Virus record (IMG/VR): IMGVR_UViG_3300029305_005387
Length of the DNA stretch: 64,000 bases
Reading direction: 5' to 3' (one strand)
Source of the DNA: a virus
Taxonomy: Duplodnaviria > Caudoviricetes
The translations under genes and the position numbers were made by a program. This document shows, in pieces, positions 31,701 to 41,077 of the stretch. The notes beneath the pieces were generated by a model, which saw only the letters and a list, made by a program, of their open reading frames with translations, searched no databases and had not been told where the DNA came from. Positions within the stretch are counted from its first letter, which is position 1. The number at the start of each line of letters is the position of its first letter.

Positions 31701-32378
31701 TTAAATATTTGGAATCTGCCAATCTATTGTATGAGGTTGTGTTTCATATAAATATTCATTCGCTTTGATAAAGTGATTACAACCAAAGAATGCTCCTCCT
31801 GCAAGTGGACTTGGATGAGCAGCTTCTAATATTAGGTGAGTATTTGGTTGAATTAAAGAAGCTTTTCTTCTTGCATAATTGCCCCATAACATAAATATTA
31901 GACTCTGATCTTTTTGTCCTAATGAATAGATAATGTAATCTGTTAATCGTTCCCAACCAATATTGTCATGTGAACGACTCTTACCTCTTTCAACTGACAA
32001 TACTGAATTTAATAGAAGCACACCTTGTTCAGCCCATGGTATTAAACAACCATTATTTGGAATATAACAACCAAGTTCATTATGAAGTTCTTTAAATATG
32101 TTCATTAATGATGGAGGTATCGGAACTCCTGGTTTTACTGAAAATGATAAACCGTGTGCTTGACCTGGATTGATATATGGATCCTGTCCAAGTATAACGA
32201 CTTTTGTATTCTCATAAGATGTTAATTTTAAAGCATTAAACATATCTTCTTTTGGAGGATATACTTCAATTCCTTTATCTCGTTCATTATCAACCCATCT
32301 TAAAAGATCTTGAATTTGTTTATCTTTGAATGCAGATTCTAATACTTGATCCCAATCATTACCTATTAATGGAACCAT
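31701..32378 (-). CDS. ung: Family 1 uracil-DNA glycosylase
   Basis: VVILGQDPY, QAHGLSFSV, PPSL, WAEQGVLLLN, HPSPL, FFGCNHF. Likely start is ATG 32378 after GGAGG. Confidence 0.96.
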   Translation of the reverse strand: MVPLIGNDWDQVLESAFKDKQIQDLLRWVDNERDKGIEVYPPKEDMFNALKLTSYENTKVVILGQDPYINPGQAHGLSFSVKPGVPIPPSLMNIFKELHNELGCYIPNNGCLIPWAEQGVLLLNSVLSVERGKSRSHDNIGWERLTDYIIYSLGQKDQSLIFMLWGNYARRKASLIQPNTHLILEAAHPSPLAGGAFFGCNHFIKANEYLYETQPHTIDWQIPNI

Positions 32379-32385
32379 TTTGATT

Positions 32386-32760
32386 TTACCTCCATTCTTC
32401 AAAAGCTTCTTTAGACTTGAAATCTACAGTCATTAGAACTTCTTGATTATTCATTCTACGATATAACTCTGCTACAAAATCATCATTGGAAGCTACTCTA
32501 ATTACATTTTCTTTGAATGTTTCTGGTTTATCTTTTAACCAATTTAATATACAAACCATTTTACCAATATTATCTAAATCTTTAACTTGTGTATCTCTAT
32601 AATCTACATCTTTTCCTGTATAATGTTCAAGAAGTACCTGAATCTGTTTATCATCACTATTATAAATGATATAATGTAAATAGGAAGCAATCTTTTCTAA
32701 ACCATCATCTGTTACTTTGTTTATGATTTTATTAGCTTGCTCTAAAGTCATTTCTTCCAT
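32386..32760 (-). CDS. Hypothetical protein
   Basis: 124-aa ORF, AGGAG SD, part of a tightly packed operon. Confidence 0.75.
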   Translation of the reverse strand: MEEMTLEQANKIINKVTDDGLEKIASYLHYIIYNSDDKQIQVLLEHYTGKDVDYRDTQVKDLDNIGKMVCILNWLKDKPETFKENVIRVASNDDFVAELYRRMNNQEVLMTVDFKSKEAFEEWR

Positions 32761-32762
32761 AT

Positions 32763-33206
32763 TTATTCTCCTTTCTTTTTAATGTCTTTTGGGTTATATC
32801 CTATAAAGTCTATAAATTTACCTGTAAATATATCTAAGTTTTCGAGAACATTTTCTTCATAACATCCAATGTTTCCTCTACCAACAATGGCTGTAGAATC
32901 ATATAGTTTAACTTCTTCAATTTCCCACAGATTATTATCTTGAGATGGTTTAACTTTGATATGACCTCTTGTTGCACCTGGTACACGTAAAGCAATATAG
33001 AATTCACCTTTCACATGTATATCATCAGGATGCATCATATATGTTTTCATTATGGCTTTAGTATGTTCATCAATTCCTTCAATTTCTGGTTTGAATAAAT
33101 CAAGATATTCAGTGATATAACAATGAAATTGATTAGATGTATGGCTATTGAGTCTTCCATAGGTTCTGAAAATTTGTACATCATTTATATTTTCCATTAT
33201 CATCAC
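32763..33206 (-). CDS. Hypothetical protein
   Basis: 147-aa ORF with GAGGTG SD and an ALRVPGATRG motif. Confidence 0.75.
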   Translation of the reverse strand: MMIMENINDVQIFRTYGRLNSHTSNQFHCYITEYLDLFKPEIEGIDEHTKAIMKTYMMHPDDIHVKGEFYIALRVPGATRGHIKVKPSQDNNLWEIEEVKLYDSTAIVGRGNIGCYEENVLENLDIFTGKFIDFIGYNPKDIKKKGE

Positions 33207-33210
33207 CTCT

Positions 33211-33561
33211 TTAATTTACTTCATTCCATATACTTCTTGCTGCAATTTCGGTTCTAGGTGATGTATTAAATTTATACATCATTTTATGACATATATCGCA
33301 TTCATAATACATAGTTCTATCTAGATTCATCTTTATTGTTGGAAGAACTCCACACTTACTGCATGGATGAAGTTCTATATCAAATATCGTTCTACTATCA
33401 AGTTCATCTGATTCTTTGTTAAACCATAATAAGATATCGTCAGGATTTGAAGAATCTAGAAGACGTCCATCTGCATAAATTGCATTATGAGATAAATTCA
33501 TATGTATCATGACTAAATCTTCGGGATTGCTACAGTTGGTAATTCTTTCAAAATTAGTCAT
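33211..33561 (-). CDS. Hypothetical protein with a C-terminal Lar-like zinc ribbon
   Basis: MTNFERI start, LHPCSKCG...YECDIC...AARSIWN pattern as in Lar-family proteins. Confidence 0.6.
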   Translation of the reverse strand: MTNFERITNCSNPEDLVMIHMNLSHNAIYADGRLLDSSNPDDILLWFNKESDELDSRTIFDIELHPCSKCGVLPTIKMNLDRTMYYECDICHKMMYKFNTSPRTEIAARSIWNEVN

Positions 33562-34267
33562 TCTTTTCCTCACTTTCTGACTTCATAAATGTTTCTAATG
33601 AGTCTTTAACAACTTTCTCAATATTCTTTGATAAAGTATATGTGAAATCTTTTTCAGTATAAGATCTAGCACATTCAAAAACCCCATGTTTCACTAGTTC
33701 AGAAATTTCTTCTGGATGTTCTTTGATATAATTATTTGCGACTGTTTCCAAAGACCATTGAATTGAACGTGCAAATGATTTTTGATCTTCGTCATTCACT
33801 GCAGGTAATTCCATATTGATAACTTTCTTAAAGATTACTAAGAAATCTTCTTGATATTTGTCACCTAATCTATTGGCATAATCTTTTACAACTTCATACA
33901 GAATCTGTTGAGTAATACTGCCGTGACCATAATCAATTCTGTTTTGAAGGATTTCATCAACAAATGTTTCAATCTTACATTCGAATATTCTTTTAGCAAT
34001 ACTCTTCATTTCTTGTACACTGAGATAGTTAGTGATATCAAATGGAGCTTCAAGATTAATACTACCTGGACAATATTCTCTACAATCTTCAGATTGTACG
34101 GTTATAATTAATTTATTTTCAGAATCTTCATCACTATCATCAATGATCATATCATAGTCAATTAAACCACAAGGAAGCTGTTTGATTTCTTTAATTTCCC
34201 CAATACATCCTCTGTATTTACCTCTTGTGATGAGAAGTTTGTTTCCAACATGTGTAATAGCAGCCAT
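33554..34267 (-). CDS. Hypothetical protein with an N-terminal KOW-like motif
   Basis: Start re-called to ATG 34267 (AGGAGG SD). Motif LLITRGKYRGCIGEIKEI. Confidence 0.7.
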   Translation of the reverse strand: MAAITHVGNKLLITRGKYRGCIGEIKEIKQLPCGLIDYDMIIDDSDEDSENKLIITVQSEDCREYCPGSINLEAPFDITNYLSVQEMKSIAKRIFECKIETFVDEILQNRIDYGHGSITQQILYEVVKDYANRLGDKYQEDFLVIFKKVINMELPAVNDEDQKSFARSIQWSLETVANNYIKEHPEEISELVKHGVFECARSYTEKDFTYTLSKNIEKVVKDSLETFMKSESEEKND

Positions 34268-34286
34268 AACTAATAATCCTCCTTTA

Positions 34287-34613
34287 TTATGAATAAAATG
34301 CAGTAGAATAAAAGTGAATAATTTTGCCTTTAGCTTTAGCATATTCAACTTCTCTGCGAGTATCATCACCAATATAACCACCGACATCAATTACATATAC
34401 AATATCGCTCATATCAATTTTCTTATCATGAACATCATGGAGATATTGAATTTCTTCATCTGTAAATTTTTCAATGTCTTCTTTATTGAAAGAGAAGTTT
34501 GGTGTAAAAACAATTTTAAATTCTTTTTGAAGTCGATTATATTCTTTCATAATAGTATCGAAGAATCTTCTGCTTCCGCATAATGTAATCACTTCATGTT
34601 TTGATGTGCTCAT
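34287..34613 (-). CDS. Nucleoside deoxyribosyltransferase-like fold small protein
   Basis: ITLCGSRRF...HDKKIDMSDIVYV...GGYIGDDTRREVEYAKAKGK. Confidence 0.6.
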   Translation of the reverse strand: MSTSKHEVITLCGSRRFFDTIMKEYNRLQKEFKIVFTPNFSFNKEDIEKFTDEEIQYLHDVHDKKIDMSDIVYVIDVGGYIGDDTRREVEYAKAKGKIIHFYSTAFYS

Positions 34614-34694
34614 ATAAATAGCCCTCCTATGTTATAAAATTTATTCAAGATAGTAAAGCAAACGTCATAATATAATTTAAGTCAAAGAAAGAAG

Positions 34695-35885
34695 GTGAAT
34701 GTTATGAATATCACAATGGATCAATATTTAGGTCTTACACATTTAGAACAGTGGTATCGTAAATATAATCATCAATTTATTGAAATATCTGGAGTTATTG
34801 GAACAGGAGTATGGCAGATTGTCCAGAGATTCATTGATGATTTTGGATTTGATCCAAGGGAAATAATGTACCTAAGTTATGACCAAAAACAAGTATTGGA
34901 ACTTGCTGCAAAACGTTATCATGCGTACTATCTTAATGGAATAATATATAAGTATCACAGAGTTGTGAATTTAGATTCATTGCCGGTAATCAATCCTAAC
35001 TCAAATGAAATCGAATATACATGGAAAAAAGAAGTACGTAAAAAGATTGATGAAAAATATAAACTAATAATCGTATTCGATTCAGTATTAATGAACCATG
35101 AGACATTAAGAGATTTAGGATCGTTCGGATTGCCTGTGATTCTTATAAGAGATCCAGCTTTAATACCATCCCCAGATTCATTTACTTATATACGAGAGCC
35201 TAATATAATATTAAATGAATTGAATGCTGATCTTATTCGTAATCCGATTGTATATTTTGCAAATAAAGTATTACGAGGAGATAGAATTGATTTAGGTAAC
35301 TATGATACAGTATCAGTAGTTCCACGAAAGCAATTAAATCTTTATAATTTAAAATCTTCAGAAATGGTAATTACTTTGAGTGATGAACTTAGTAAAACTA
35401 TGAATACTATTTATAGAGAAAAAGTAATGCATTTAAAGGATACTAAGAATATAGCTGGTGAAAGAGTAATTGTTATGAACAACATGTATGCTCATAAACT
35501 GGTCAATGAAGATGAGAAGAAAATTAAAGTTTATCTGACAAAAGGAACTGTTGGAACTATTAGTAAATGTAATAAACATGCTGAAATCACTAGATTCGTA
35601 CCTATTGATTTCAAGACTGAATTTTATCATGAACCATTTACTGAGTTAATGATGGACAGACATTACCTGAACGGGGTAATGACCCCGTCCAGGCAACAAA
35701 AACCAGATGAATATATTGAATTACAATATGCATATGCTTTATCAACATCTCTTAGTAGATTATCTCATTGGGATAAAGTTACTGTCATTGCTGATAACAA
35801 TGAAGAGTATGATGAAGAAACACAACGAAGATTATTATACAATGCTATTTCACGAGCGAAACGTTCTATGACATTAGTAATTTAA
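34695..35885 (+). CDS. Dda/RecD-like SF1B helicase homolog with degenerate ATPase motifs
   Basis: ISGVIGTGVW (Walker A position), IIVFDSVLM (Walker B position), IRDPALIP, YAYALSTSLSRLS, RRLLYNAISRAK. Confidence 0.75.
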   Translation: MNVMNITMDQYLGLTHLEQWYRKYNHQFIEISGVIGTGVWQIVQRFIDDFGFDPREIMYLSYDQKQVLELAAKRYHAYYLNGIIYKYHRVVNLDSLPVINPNSNEIEYTWKKEVRKKIDEKYKLIIVFDSVLMNHETLRDLGSFGLPVILIRDPALIPSPDSFTYIREPNIILNELNADLIRNPIVYFANKVLRGDRIDLGNYDTVSVVPRKQLNLYNLKSSEMVITLSDELSKTMNTIYREKVMHLKDTKNIAGERVIVMNNMYAHKLVNEDEKKIKVYLTKGTVGTISKCNKHAEITRFVPIDFKTEFYHEPFTELMMDRHYLNGVMTPSRQQKPDEYIELQYAYALSTSLSRLSHWDKVTVIADNNEEYDEETQRRLLYNAISRAKRSMTLVI

Positions 35886-37195
35886 TTTTGTTTAGAACAT
35901 TTCTTCAGAACTATTTGGTGTGATGATTTCATATACTGACCAGACTCTGCCATTATAAAATGATACGCATATGCAATACGGTAAGTAAATGAACCGTATT
36001 CTCGTTGTTTAGAGGCTTCTTCGAATACTAATTTGTATGTTTTATTTAAAGTGAATGCATTTATATCTAAATTTTCTCCACTGATATAAATTACACATTC
36101 ATTTTCTTCCATACGAGCTTGTAAAATAGATGGTGTATACTTATTGTCATCTTTACGTGTATAACGAATATACTCATTTCGTTGATTCATAAAAGACTGA
36201 TCAGCAGAAGCTGTGTCAATAGTAATATCATCAGTAATAACTACTTTAGCTTCACTACCCATTTCTGCATTTTTAGAAATAGATGGTTTTTGTGGACTAA
36301 CATTTTCTTCAGGTATATCAATATAGAAAACTTTTTCTTCTGGTTTACGTACCATACCATTACCTGGTGTAGCTTTATCACGCACTGGAATAAGGAAAGT
36401 TGTTTCAGTCCACTCATCTTTTTCTTTAGCAGTAACTTTACCATTGGTATTGATGATATAAAGTTTATTCAAATCATAAAATATTGAAGCTCCAAACTTA
36501 TATAGTCCATAATATTGATCTAAGTATATCAATCCTTTATATGCAGGATTAGATGGAACTAATAATTCTTGATATACCTCGTCATTTTCAATTGGACTCA
36601 TTAAAACTTTTTTATGTCCAGTTTCTGTAAGTAATTCACCTACAATATCTTGAAGTGGTGCAGAAGTAAATACTTTATTAAAAGTTTTATTTGAAGCATT
36701 TAATATTTTTGGATTGAATAGATATATATCAAAAGCCTCTTGAGATGTGAAATAATCTTCTCCTTCGAGATCATTAGAATTATATTCAGTACCAGTATCC
36801 ATTTCCTCAGTTTGTTCCATAGACTTTGTGTCAATAGACTCATCGTCATCATTTAAATAGATACTAAATTCTATGTTCCAAACCTCTTCTGGTCCTGTTA
36901 TAATGGTCTCAGCTTCTCTGTCAAGACCAAGTTTATCTAACGCAAATTTTACAGTGATTTCTCTTTTATTTTTGATGACCCACAATTTATGTTTAGTATC
37001 CATACGTAGTTTGACCTTTAATATGGATCTAATATTAAATTCGAAATCATCGAGTTTTTCAATTGATAAAATATTAGTGAAATCTAATTCAAATTTTTCA
37101 GTACCTTTAGCAAGTATTAACATTGGTACATTATATTTACAAAGAAATACAGAGTCTTCTTTTTCATTAACTAATTCTTTTATAGCCATAAACAA
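35882..37195 (-). CDS. Putative virion/baseplate hub-like protein
   Basis: 437-aa beta-rich ORF. YLDQYYGLY...FYD...LYI pattern as in tail hub proteins. Confidence 0.5.
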   Translation of the reverse strand: MFMAIKELVNEKEDSVFLCKYNVPMLILAKGTEKFELDFTNILSIEKLDDFEFNIRSILKVKLRMDTKHKLWVIKNKREITVKFALDKLGLDREAETIITGPEEVWNIEFSIYLNDDDESIDTKSMEQTEEMDTGTEYNSNDLEGEDYFTSQEAFDIYLFNPKILNASNKTFNKVFTSAPLQDIVGELLTETGHKKVLMSPIENDEVYQELLVPSNPAYKGLIYLDQYYGLYKFGASIFYDLNKLYIINTNGKVTAKEKDEWTETTFLIPVRDKATPGNGMVRKPEEKVFYIDIPEENVSPQKPSISKNAEMGSEAKVVITDDITIDTASADQSFMNQRNEYIRYTRKDDNKYTPSILQARMEENECVIYISGENLDINAFTLNKTYKLVFEEASKQREYGSFTYRIAYAYHFIMAESGQYMKSSHQIVLKKCSKQN

Positions 37196-37280
37196 TAAAC
37201 CTCCTTTAAATTAGGGGATAAATAATACTATTGATTAACTTAAGTTAAATATAAAGTAACATAGAAAGGAATGAGATAAA

Positions 37281-38231
37281 ATGTCTAAATTAATTCGAAT
37301 GAAAGATAAAGTATCTACAATCGATGACAAGCAAATTGGCGGATTACGTGGTGAAGTTATTTTTGGTATCGGACGTCATGATGTTCATTATACTGATCCA
37401 TATGGTAACCCAGCAGTGAGATCAGAATTTGAAAAGGAACTATTTAGAAGTGAAAATATTGTTCCTATTGGGGGTTATCAATTTGCCTTCGATAAACTGT
37501 TCAATATTGGATTAGATCAGAATACTACTTTACGAGTAGGAGATCTCAATGATGAAGCTCCTCAAATGAAAATTGGTGTTCCAAGAGGTAGATATAAATC
37601 TATCCACTACAATGCTGAAACTAATATTGGGGGAACAGAAAATCTTCCAAAAAACGGTGGAATTAACATTTCTGCGATGAATTTTGTATTTGGTTTCATG
37701 ATTGGTGACGGTGGATGTAGAGAAGACAATATCACTCCTATTGCTCCTGATTATAAAAATAGATCTTTGTATAGACCTATTCCATTTAGAATGAGCAATG
37801 ATGGTTATCCATTTCCAAGAGGTAAATATTTTGGCAAATCAGATCTTTATAGTAATAACTCAAATATTATCACTTCATATTATGTAAAGAAATTTGATAA
37901 TCCAGATCCTCATATTGTTCATGTTTGGGTTACTAATCGTAATGGTGAAATGGAAATTGTTGATGATACAGTATTTTCCTCTACATCTAGTGCAGCGATT
38001 GAATCATATGTAGAAATGAATTTTTCTATTGATGAAAATGATTGTAGAGGTTTCTTTACCACTACAGATAGTACTCCTAGAGTAAGTGAATTGGCTCTTG
38101 TATCTGGTTGGTACAACTCAGAAGAAGATGATTATGAATCATTAAGAATTTTTACTAAATATACTCGTCCAGTTATTGCATTAGCTGAAGGAGATTCAAT
38201 TGAAGGTATTTATCGTCTTTATGCAAGATAA
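37281..38231 (+). CDS. Putative baseplate/tail structural protein
   Basis: 316-aa ORF. ENIVPIGG, FMIGDGG, YYVKKF and VSELALVSG resemble baseplate or fibre-attachment domains. Confidence 0.55.
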   Translation: MSKLIRMKDKVSTIDDKQIGGLRGEVIFGIGRHDVHYTDPYGNPAVRSEFEKELFRSENIVPIGGYQFAFDKLFNIGLDQNTTLRVGDLNDEAPQMKIGVPRGRYKSIHYNAETNIGGTENLPKNGGINISAMNFVFGFMIGDGGCREDNITPIAPDYKNRSLYRPIPFRMSNDGYPFPRGKYFGKSDLYSNNSNIITSYYVKKFDNPDPHIVHVWVTNRNGEMEIVDDTVFSSTSSAAIESYVEMNFSIDENDCRGFFTTTDSTPRVSELALVSGWYNSEEDDYESLRIFTKYTRPVIALAEGDSIEGIYRLYAR

Positions 38232-38234
38232 TAT

Positions 38235-38268
38235 AAAGGAATGGGGCTGTTTTAGCCCCATTCCTTTT
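38235..38268 (+). terminator. Intrinsic terminator
   Basis: aaaggaatggggct-gtttt-agccccattcctttt. Confidence 0.85.
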
Positions 38269-38293
38269 GTCATTTATTCAATAAAAAGTGGTT

Positions 38294-38306
38294 AACGTTT
38301 GAATAA
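38294..38306 (+). promoter_or_regulatory. Late-type promoter motif AACG-N6-TAA
   Basis: aacgtttgaataa between a terminator and the SD of 38355. Confidence 0.5.
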
Positions 38307-38354
38307 AGGAATATCCTGATTGTTACAAAAATAAAGAAAAGGAGATGAGAAGAT

Positions 38355-38972
38355 ATGACACGTCCAAAAAATAAATCGTTTATAAATATTGAAACGATTC
38401 TAATTTTATCAATTGCAATCTGTATCATATTCCTCAATAGTTACACTACTACTAAAATTGCTCAATTAGAACAAGCAGGTACTGAAGCAATGTTCATTAA
38501 AGAGGGTCTTGAATTCCCAGAAAGTCAAGAACTCGAAAGTGAAATTATTAAATACCGACCTGATGGGTGTAAAATGATTGAAATGTATAATGATGAATTT
38601 GAATTAATGTTTGCAATTCAATTTGATCAAGGTTATCATGAACATGACACTGATATTACACAATACTCAGAAATGATTGAGATTCTAAGTAGTAACAAAG
38701 AGGGTCAAACATCAATTAACCATGATGATTATGAAGAAGAAGTTTATTTTCAATGGGTGACAAATGATGTCGGAGAAGATAGACTTGTAATTGTCTATAG
38801 TACGAAAGATAATGTAGAAAACATATGGGTATTTTCACTAGTATGTTATCTAGTACTTATTCTGGTATTTGCATTACTAATTAGACTACATCTGAAAGAA
38901 TACAATGCCAAAATTAATCACTATAAACAAATATCTAGCAATGCTATAGATGAGGTTAATAGAAAACATTAA
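38355..38972 (+). CDS. Two-TM membrane protein with an extracytoplasmic sensor-like domain
   Basis: TM, ~125-aa loop, TM, short coiled tail. Confidence 0.7.
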   Translation: MTRPKNKSFINIETILILSIAICIIFLNSYTTTKIAQLEQAGTEAMFIKEGLEFPESQELESEIIKYRPDGCKMIEMYNDEFELMFAIQFDQGYHEHDTDITQYSEMIEILSSNKEGQTSINHDDYEEEVYFQWVTNDVGEDRLVIVYSTKDNVENIWVFSLVCYLVLILVFALLIRLHLKEYNAKINHYKQISSNAIDEVNRKH

Positions 38973-38997
38973 AATTTCATCGAGGGGAGATATTTGT

Positions 38998-39642
38998 ATG
39001 AAGATTAATAAACCGAAATTCAATTTTAAAGATAAATTCAAATGGATACGTTATGAAGTATTTCTGATGATTGCAATCATACTTGGTTTAATGTATATGA
39101 ATCTATATGAGAATATGGTACACCATAATACATTTCTTAGTGTTTCACCAGATACTGTTAATATTGCTATTCTTCATAATTCTGAAGATGCACGAGTGTT
39201 TGCTGAACAAGGATGGCCAATTATAGAATTCCCTCTAGATGCAACTCAATTTATCACATTATATGATGAAAATCAAAATGAAATATCACAAATTATTCTT
39301 GGGGATATTTTCAATCTATATAATGATATTGATGGATTACAAAACTGGTGGGATATATTTGAAAGAAATGAATATGGATACATAAATCTCAGTTCAATGG
39401 GTTCAAATATGATAGTTAATTATCAATGGATACATTTTGATGATACATCCTATTTGTTAGTATATAATACAGATATTTCCATGAAAAACATGTTAAATGC
39501 ATTTAACATTGTTTCATATGCAACTATCATTCTTTCCTTCATAGCGTTGGTGAGTGCAATATATTGGAGATATCATGGATTAACAAATACTTACAAGAAA
39601 TTGAATGAAGAAGTTCAAAAAATCATTCACCAACGAGAATAA
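38998..39642 (+). CDS. Two-TM membrane protein, paralog of 38355..38972
   Basis: Start re-called to ATG 38998 (GAGGGG SD). Shares Ix(L/M)Y(D/N), GxxxI, (F/Y)QW and L(V/L)(I/L)VY blocks with the upstream gene. Confidence 0.7.
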   Translation: MKINKPKFNFKDKFKWIRYEVFLMIAIILGLMYMNLYENMVHHNTFLSVSPDTVNIAILHNSEDARVFAEQGWPIIEFPLDATQFITLYDENQNEISQIILGDIFNLYNDIDGLQNWWDIFERNEYGYINLSSMGSNMIVNYQWIHFDDTSYLLVYNTDISMKNMLNAFNIVSYATIILSFIALVSAIYWRYHGLTNTYKKLNEEVQKIIHQRE

Positions 39643-39683
39643 TGTAATAGATATTCAACCATAGGAAGGAGGACTGATGCATT

Positions 39684-40091
39684 GTGGATCAATATCTATC
39701 AACAGTTATTATTGCAATAATAACAGGTGTTTTTTCTGTGATCACATTATTGATACAAAAGAAACAAGATAAAGTGATTAGTAAAATCGATGAACAAACA
39801 TTATTCATTGAACGAGAAAAAGCACTTAAACAAAAATTAACAAAAAAGGAGACAGAACGTGAAACATTAATTCATGAAATTATGATTCTCATTCTTGACA
39901 CTAATTTATATATCATGAAAAACACCAATGCAGGTGGTGATGTAACACCTACAGATGAAACCATGAAAGCTTCTGAGGATTTGAAGAATCGATTCAACTC
40001 CGTGTCAGATGAAATTGATGAACTCACGAAGGAATATGAAATGATTCTTGATCTCAGTAAAGAATATCAAAAAGAAGTCAAGAAGCATTAA
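39684..40091 (+). CDS. Single-TM plus coiled-coil protein (holin-like)
   Basis: VIIAIITGVFSVITLLI followed by a long coiled coil. GTG start after AGGAGG. Confidence 0.6.
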   Translation: MDQYLSTVIIAIITGVFSVITLLIQKKQDKVISKIDEQTLFIEREKALKQKLTKKETERETLIHEIMILILDTNLYIMKNTNAGGDVTPTDETMKASEDLKNRFNSVSDEIDELTKEYEMILDLSKEYQKEVKKH

Positions 40092-40107
40092 CCTCCTTTA
40101 AAGTCTA

Positions 40108-40150
40108 TCAAATGTGTAAAGGTAGGGATAATCCCTACCTTTACACATTT
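40108..40150. terminator. Intrinsic terminator
   Basis: aaatgtgtaaaggtaggga-taa-tccctacctttacacattt. Confidence 0.85.
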
Positions 40151-40304
40151 CTCATTTATATATTATAGACTAAATGACTGGTAAAATATATAACTTTCAC
40201 CTTTGTATTGATAAATTAAAAGTTATTTGATTATCTACTATGAGGGTAAAGTTGTGTAGCAACTGGTGATTTGCAAAAATATTATATTAAAGGAGGATTT
40301 ACCC

Positions 40305-40874
40305 ATGAAGACGGTAAACGAAACACTAAGCAAGGTAAAAGGTAGCGACAAAGTTAATGACATTCTTACAGGCAAAGGCAGCTTCTCTCAGGCAGGATTT
40401 AGTGATCTTGTAAATGCAATGGTTAATGATACTACATTCAAGGTTACTACTTATGGCAAGGATGGTAAGGCCAATGGAGAACTCTCTATCAGTGAAATGA
40501 TTAGAGATGACTTGAAGAAGACTCTTGACAAGGCTAAGTATCCTCAGAAGTCTGAAGCTGATGTACTTAACAATTGTGAGATTGTTACAAACGGACTTGC
40601 AAAGGCTATTCCTCAGATTGTAATGCAGCAGCTTGCATGCGGTAAGAAGTTTGATCTTCCTACTCAGGAAAAGATGGTAGGTAGTATCTATCTTGCTAAT
40701 AATCCTGGTAAGGTTAAGGATGTACAGATTCGTGATCCTAAGACTCAGGAAAATCTTGGTACAGCTACAATTACAACTCAGGATTCTATTCAGGTTCGTG
40801 TTAAGAGTCCTGTACCTCAGCATCTTTCCACAAAGGTTCGTAAGGATGTAAATGGTAAGGTAGTAAATCAGTAA
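40305..40874 (+). CDS. Putative HU/IHF-like DNA-binding protein, highly expressed
   Basis: ATG 40305 after AGGAGG. C-terminal GKKFDLP...GSIYL...IRDPKTQE resembles the HU beta-arm (GRNPKTGE). Strong AAG codon bias. Early-type motif at 40157-40166. Confidence 0.55.
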   Translation: MKTVNETLSKVKGSDKVNDILTGKGSFSQAGFSDLVNAMVNDTTFKVTTYGKDGKANGELSISEMIRDDLKKTLDKAKYPQKSEADVLNNCEIVTNGLAKAIPQIVMQQLACGKKFDLPTQEKMVGSIYLANNPGKVKDVQIRDPKTQENLGTATITTQDSIQVRVKSPVPQHLSTKVRKDVNGKVVNQ

Positions 40875-40890
40875 TTAATCAGCATCATTA

Positions 40891-40928
40891 AAATACAGAG
40901 GATCCCATTCATGGGATCCTCTGTATTA
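40891..40928 (+). terminator. Intrinsic terminator
   Basis: aatacagaggatccca-ttca-tgggatcctctgtatt. Confidence 0.85.
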
Positions 40929-41077
40929 TTTGTTTCATGTAATATTGACATTAATTGTTTTATAAAATTATTTTTAGTTACATGAATATACTAAAATGAT
41001 AAAAGTTGCTCTATATGAGCAATGGTGAAATTTATAAGGCGTTTTTTTAATAAAAACTATTTTAGGAGGACAATCCG

